From Candidatus Latescibacterota bacterium (GTDB lineage: Bacteria; Latescibacterota; UBA2968; UBA8231), in contig CBDCDC010000002.1 in the NCBI GenBank assembly GCA_965215195.1, positions 1,664,001 through 1,728,000 on the forward strand: DNA of 64,000 nt. Direction: 5' to 3'. Position 1 is the stretch's first letter, and each line of letters opens with the position of its first letter. Of this stretch, positions 60,415-64,000 are shown piece by piece. A program made the position numbers and the translations under genes. The notes under the pieces were generated by a model. It searched no databases and was not told the DNA's origin. It saw only the letters and a program-made list of their open reading frames with translations.

Positions 60415-60780
60415 ATGCCCAGCGACGCGCTCCGCCTGCGCAACATGCGCTTTTTTGCCTACCACGGGCTTTTCCCCGAAGAGACCGCACTCGGCCAGCA
60501 CTACGAGGTCGATATCGAACTCTACGGCGACTTTCGCCAGGCAGGTCGCAGCGACGACATAGACGCGGCGATCAACTATTTAGACCTGTACGCGCTGGTG
60601 GCCGATGTCGTCACCGGCGAGCCTTGCAAATTGGTCGAAGCCCTCGCCGAGCGCATCGCCGAAAAGGTGGGTGCCCACTGCGCCCCGGTCGAACTCGTCG
60701 TCCGCGTGCGCAAACCCAACCCCCCGGTCGCCGCACACTTTGACGGCATCGAAGTCGAAATACGCCGTTCCTATGCCTGA
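60415..60780 (+). CDS. folB: Dihydroneopterin aldolase
   Basis: FFAYHG..EE..GQ, INY, LVEALAE, RKPNPP. Confidence 0.92.
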   Translation: MPSDALRLRNMRFFAYHGLFPEETALGQHYEVDIELYGDFRQAGRSDDIDAAINYLDLYALVADVVTGEPCKLVEALAERIAEKVGAHCAPVELVVRVRKPNPPVAAHFDGIEVEIRRSYA

Positions 60781-61285
60781 GCGAGCTTATATCGCCATCG
60801 GCAGCAACCTCGGCGACCGCCGCGCGTACCTCAAAGCCGGGATCAAAGAAGTCGCCGCACTCCCCAACACGCGCCTCGCGGCGGTCTCTTGCGCTTATGA
60901 GACCCGGCCGCTGGGGCCGGTCGCGCAACCGGATTTCCTCAACGCCGTCTTTGCCATAGAAACTTCGCTCGCCCCCGAGCCGCTGGTAGCCGCTCTGCTC
61001 GCTGCAGAAAAAAAACACCAGCGGCAACGCCGCATTCACTGGGGGCCGCGCACCCTCGATCTCGACCTGCTGCTCTATGGCGCATACGTCGTCGAAAGTG
61101 CCAGCCTGACCCTACCCCATCCGCGCATGAACGAGCGCAGCTTTGTGCTAGTGCCCCTCTGCGAAATCGCCCCCGACCTGCGCCATCCCATCACCGGCCT
61201 ACCCTTCGCCACCCACCTCGCCGCACTCGCTGACGCCGGGGACGCCCGCGCCGTAGGCCCTCTCGTCCTCCCCGCCACCGCATGA
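60773..61285 (+). CDS. folK: 2-amino-4-hydroxy-6-hydroxymethyldihydropteridine diphosphokinase
   Basis: YIAIGSNLG, QPDFLN, WGPRTLDLDLL, LPHPR..ERSFVL. Confidence 0.94.
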   Translation: MPERAYIAIGSNLGDRRAYLKAGIKEVAALPNTRLAAVSCAYETRPLGPVAQPDFLNAVFAIETSLAPEPLVAALLAAEKKHQRQRRIHWGPRTLDLDLLLYGAYVVESASLTLPHPRMNERSFVLVPLCEIAPDLRHPITGLPFATHLAALADAGDARAVGPLVLPATA

Positions 61286-62130
61286 AACGCATACACACAG
61301 TCGCGGAAATGCAGCGACAGTCCGATGCTTGGCGCGGCGCGGGCCAGTGCATTGGGCTAGTACCGACGATGGGTTTTTTGCACGAGGGGCATCTCAGCTT
61401 GGTCGATTGCAGCCTCGAAGCGGCCGACCGCACGGTCGTCAGCATCTTCGTCAACCCACTGCAATTCGGGCCGAAAGAAGACTTCGCCATCTATCCGCAC
61501 GACATGGAGCGCGACCTCAACCTGCTGGCCCGCCGAGGAGTCGATGCGGTCTTCCATCCCAAGACAGCGGCATTCTATCCCCCTGATTTCTCGACCTTCG
61601 TCGAGGTCGAGGAGCTAACCAAGGGCCTGTGCGGTCCCTTCCGCCCCGGGCACTTCCGCGGCGTTGTCACCGTAGTGACCAAGCTATTTGCCGCCGTCAA
61701 ACCGCACCTAGCCATCTTCGGCCAGAAAGACTACCAGCAGGCGGCCGTCATTCGTCGCCTAGTGCGCGATTTGAACTTGGATTTGCGCGTGGAGGTCGCC
61801 CCTACCGTGCGCGAAGCAGATGGCCTCGCCATGAGCTCGCGCAACGTCCTCCTCAGCGCAGAAGAGCGACAGCGTGCATCGGCACTCTACCAAGCGCTCA
61901 CAATGGGCCGCGAACGAATCGAACAGGGCGAGCGCGACGCCAGCCAAATCACAGCCGAGATGCGGGCGCATATCGAGCGCACACTCAACGCGTCCATTGA
62001 CTACATTTCGATCGCGCACCCGGACACCCTCGAAGAAGTGGCCCATATCACCGGCCCGGTCGTCATCGCCCTCGCCGTGTGCCTGTCCAACGTCCGGCTG
62101 ATCGACAACGTCACAGCGGCACCCACATAA
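61282..62130 (+). CDS. panC: Pantoate-beta-alanine ligase
   Basis: VPTMGFLHEGH, FVNPLQF, RPGHFRGV, FGQKDYQQ, GLAMSSRN, RLIDN. Confidence 0.96.
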   Translation: MKRIHTVAEMQRQSDAWRGAGQCIGLVPTMGFLHEGHLSLVDCSLEAADRTVVSIFVNPLQFGPKEDFAIYPHDMERDLNLLARRGVDAVFHPKTAAFYPPDFSTFVEVEELTKGLCGPFRPGHFRGVVTVVTKLFAAVKPHLAIFGQKDYQQAAVIRRLVRDLNLDLRVEVAPTVREADGLAMSSRNVLLSAEERQRASALYQALTMGRERIEQGERDASQITAEMRAHIERTLNASIDYISIAHPDTLEEVAHITGPVVIALAVCLSNVRLIDNVTAAPT

Positions 62131-62215
62131 AGGAATTTTGGCATTAGAAGCACGGCCGCTATATTTTATCGACGGACGGGATCGGCCCGCCCGCAAACGT
62201 GAAAGGAGGAATCAG

Positions 62216-62503
62216 ATGAACGAATTTGAAACCAAAGTCCACGAACACGACATCACCTTAGCCCGCTTGGAAACGCTGATTGAGCAGAGCGATCGCCGCT
62301 TTGACACCGTTGAACACAAGATCGACAACTCCGAGAAAAACACCAACGCCCGGTTTGAGAGCGCCGAGAAAAACACCAACGCCCGCTTTGAGGTGGTGGA
62401 ACGAAAAATCGACAGCATAGACCGGCGCATGAATTGGTTTCTCGGCCTGTTGTTCACCAGTTGGCTATCGACTATCGGCGTGATTCTGTATAAGCTGCAG
62501 TAA
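62216..62503 (+). CDS. Small coiled-coil protein with 11-aa repeats and C-terminal TM helix
   Basis: AGGAGG RBS; SEKNTNARFE/AEKNTNARFE with 33-bp period; WFLGLLFTSWLSTIGVIL anchor. Confidence 0.7.
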   Translation: MNEFETKVHEHDITLARLETLIEQSDRRFDTVEHKIDNSEKNTNARFESAEKNTNARFEVVERKIDSIDRRMNWFLGLLFTSWLSTIGVILYKLQ

Positions 62504-62513
62504 TTGTAGTTGG

Positions 62514-62545
62514 ATCGCCGTCGCCGCCAATCGGACGACGGCGAT
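62514..62545. terminator. Hairpin between convergent genes
   Basis: ATCGCCGTCG...CGACGGCGAT stem. Confidence 0.6.
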
Positions 62546-62560
62546 TCGCGTTTGTAGCCT

Positions 62561-64000
62561 TCACCGGACCAGCATCAACCGCCGCGTCCGCCTCTCCCCG
62601 CCGACCTTCAGCACGGCCCAATACGCCCCGCTGGCCGCGCGCTCACCGCTCCAGCGCACCAAGTGGTGCCCGGCCCCGAGCCGCTCCGCCACCAAAAGGG
62701 CCGTGCGCTGGCCCAAGGCATTGTATATGGCCAGTTCGACGTCCGCTTCTCTTGCCAAGCGAAAGGGCAAGTTCACCGCGCTGTTAGCTGGATTCGGATA
62801 AGCCAGTGCCAAGTCGCTGGCCCCGGCCCGTTCCTCTGCCGGCATGGCTACGACCGTGGGCGTAAAATACCGGGCCGCGAGGGCAAAATTCCCGCCCGTC
62901 GGCGAAGCTCTGCCGACGATGACCGTCGCGCTATCTACGTTCGCAGCCTGTACCTGCCCGGTGTTGTCCACGCTAAGTTCCATCGCGATCAGCTCGCCGC
63001 GCTGGTCGCGCATGGCATGCACCCACACGGCATAGTCCCCCTCGTCCGCGCCAGCGAAATCGACGACTACATCGCCCTCCGAGCGAATGACCACATTGGC
63101 CGCGCCCCATTGGTTGCCAACCTCTCCGGCCAGTTCCGCAAAAGGCATATCAGGAGCTGAAACTGCGGCGGCGCGGCGACCGCGCAGGGCCTCGTACCCA
63201 ACCGCGTAGTTGGCCGCGATCCACAAGCGCCAAGCCCCCGCGTAGTTCTCGACCCAGTTTTGGCTCTTGAACGCGTCGTCAATGCCCAAAATGCCGTTGC
63301 GCGGCTCGGCGACGATTTGGCGAATCAGCCCCGCACCGTAGCGCTCGGCCAAAAAAGAGGCGAACAAATAGGTCTTGCCGTAGCTGGCCGCCTCGAACAC
63401 CCAGTGCGTTAGATCGCGGCTGGGATCCGCGAGAAAACTCGGCACCATGCTCGGATCGGCCTCGGGGAACCCCACCAATTCCTCGGCGTACCCAGCAAGC
63501 CCTTCGTCGATCCACCGCTCCTCGTCGGCATCGCGGCCCCAATGGATGAGGTGCTGAAATTCGTGCGCTAAGGTTGCGTGGGCGAGATAGGCACTGAAAG
63601 CCACCTTGTTCGCGTCGAGGTAAATCGTATCGCGTCGGAGTTCGGGCTGCGCCCGCTCGTACAGCTCACCGTCGAAATAGCCGGCTACGCGCTCGTCGGG
63701 AATGTCCAAGAGCAGGATGAAGATGCGGGGATCGCCGTCCTCGTCAGTGGGTCCTCCAAAAGCATCGACCGCCATTGCAAATACTCCGCGCTCGGGATCG
63801 GCCGGGGTCGCCGCGTCAAAGAGCGCGCCCAGCTTATCCACATCCGGTTGGGCCGCGATGATGTCCCACTGGCTTTCCTCGACGAAGATATAGCAGTGCG
63901 TTCCCTTGTAGCGGCAGGTGGCCAACTTGAGCACGGGTTCGGTCCGCACGTAAAAGGCGAGCTGGGTTCCCACTTCAATGGGGCCTGTCTCTTGACTTGC
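62561..64000 (-). CDS. Secreted zinc metallopeptidase (HEFQH; M6/M30-like) with T9SS type A-like CTD; 5' end outside window
   Basis: TLAHEFQHLIH, WIDEGLA; C-terminus AYPNPAN...IYNALGQ...ASGAY...LMLVR; frame open to the window end. Confidence 0.82.
   Translation of the reverse strand, partial: ASQETGPIEVGTQLAFYVRTEPVLKLATCRYKGTHCYIFVEESQWDIIAAQPDVDKLGALFDAATPADPERGVFAMAVDAFGGPTDEDGDPRIFILLLDIPDERVAGYFDGELYERAQPELRRDTIYLDANKVAFSAYLAHATLAHEFQHLIHWGRDADEERWIDEGLAGYAEELVGFPEADPSMVPSFLADPSRDLTHWVFEAASYGKTYLFASFLAERYGAGLIRQIVAEPRNGILGIDDAFKSQNWVENYAGAWRLWIAANYAVGYEALRGRRAAAVSAPDMPFAELAGEVGNQWGAANVVIRSEGDVVVDFAGADEGDYAVWVHAMRDQRGELIAMELSVDNTGQVQAANVDSATVIVGRASPTGGNFALAARYFTPTVVAMPAEERAGASDLALAYPNPANSAVNLPFRLAREADVELAIYNALGQRTALLVAERLGAGHHLVRWSGERAASGAYWAVLKVGGERRTRRLMLVR

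Overview
High-GC bacterial chromosomal segment. Gene content (FlgD/T9SS-like C-terminal domains, PorV-like barrel, TonB-dependent receptor, Uma2 and DUF4143 AAA genes) suggests an FCB-superphylum lineage such as Candidatus Latescibacterota; this is inference, not a database result. It contains (i) a left block of exported/surface proteins; (ii) catabolic enzymes (LarA-family racemase, three enolase-superfamily proteins, two M19 dipeptidases, Gfo/Idh/MocA oxidoreductase, glycerate kinase); (iii) housekeeping clusters (ilvBN, ppdK-parA-parB-larB-mobA, argRBDH, tilS-ftsH-folP-cdaA, lexA, era, purD-folB-folK-panC); and (iv) small accessory pieces: a Uma2/AAA islet, an IS982-derived MITE, and a lower-GC restriction-modification/VapBC-remnant islet bounded by a duplicated purD 5' end. 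The most notable observations are a shared short C-terminal '(S/T)WG(R/K)(I/V)K' tail on two unrelated exported proteins (candidate sorting signal, alongside type A- and type B-like CTDs and a PorV-like protein), a promoter-containing segment bounded by perfect 19-bp inverted repeats, a 43-bp variant copy of part of the Uma2 gene, and a candidate LexA box. No rRNA, tRNA or CRISPR array was seen.
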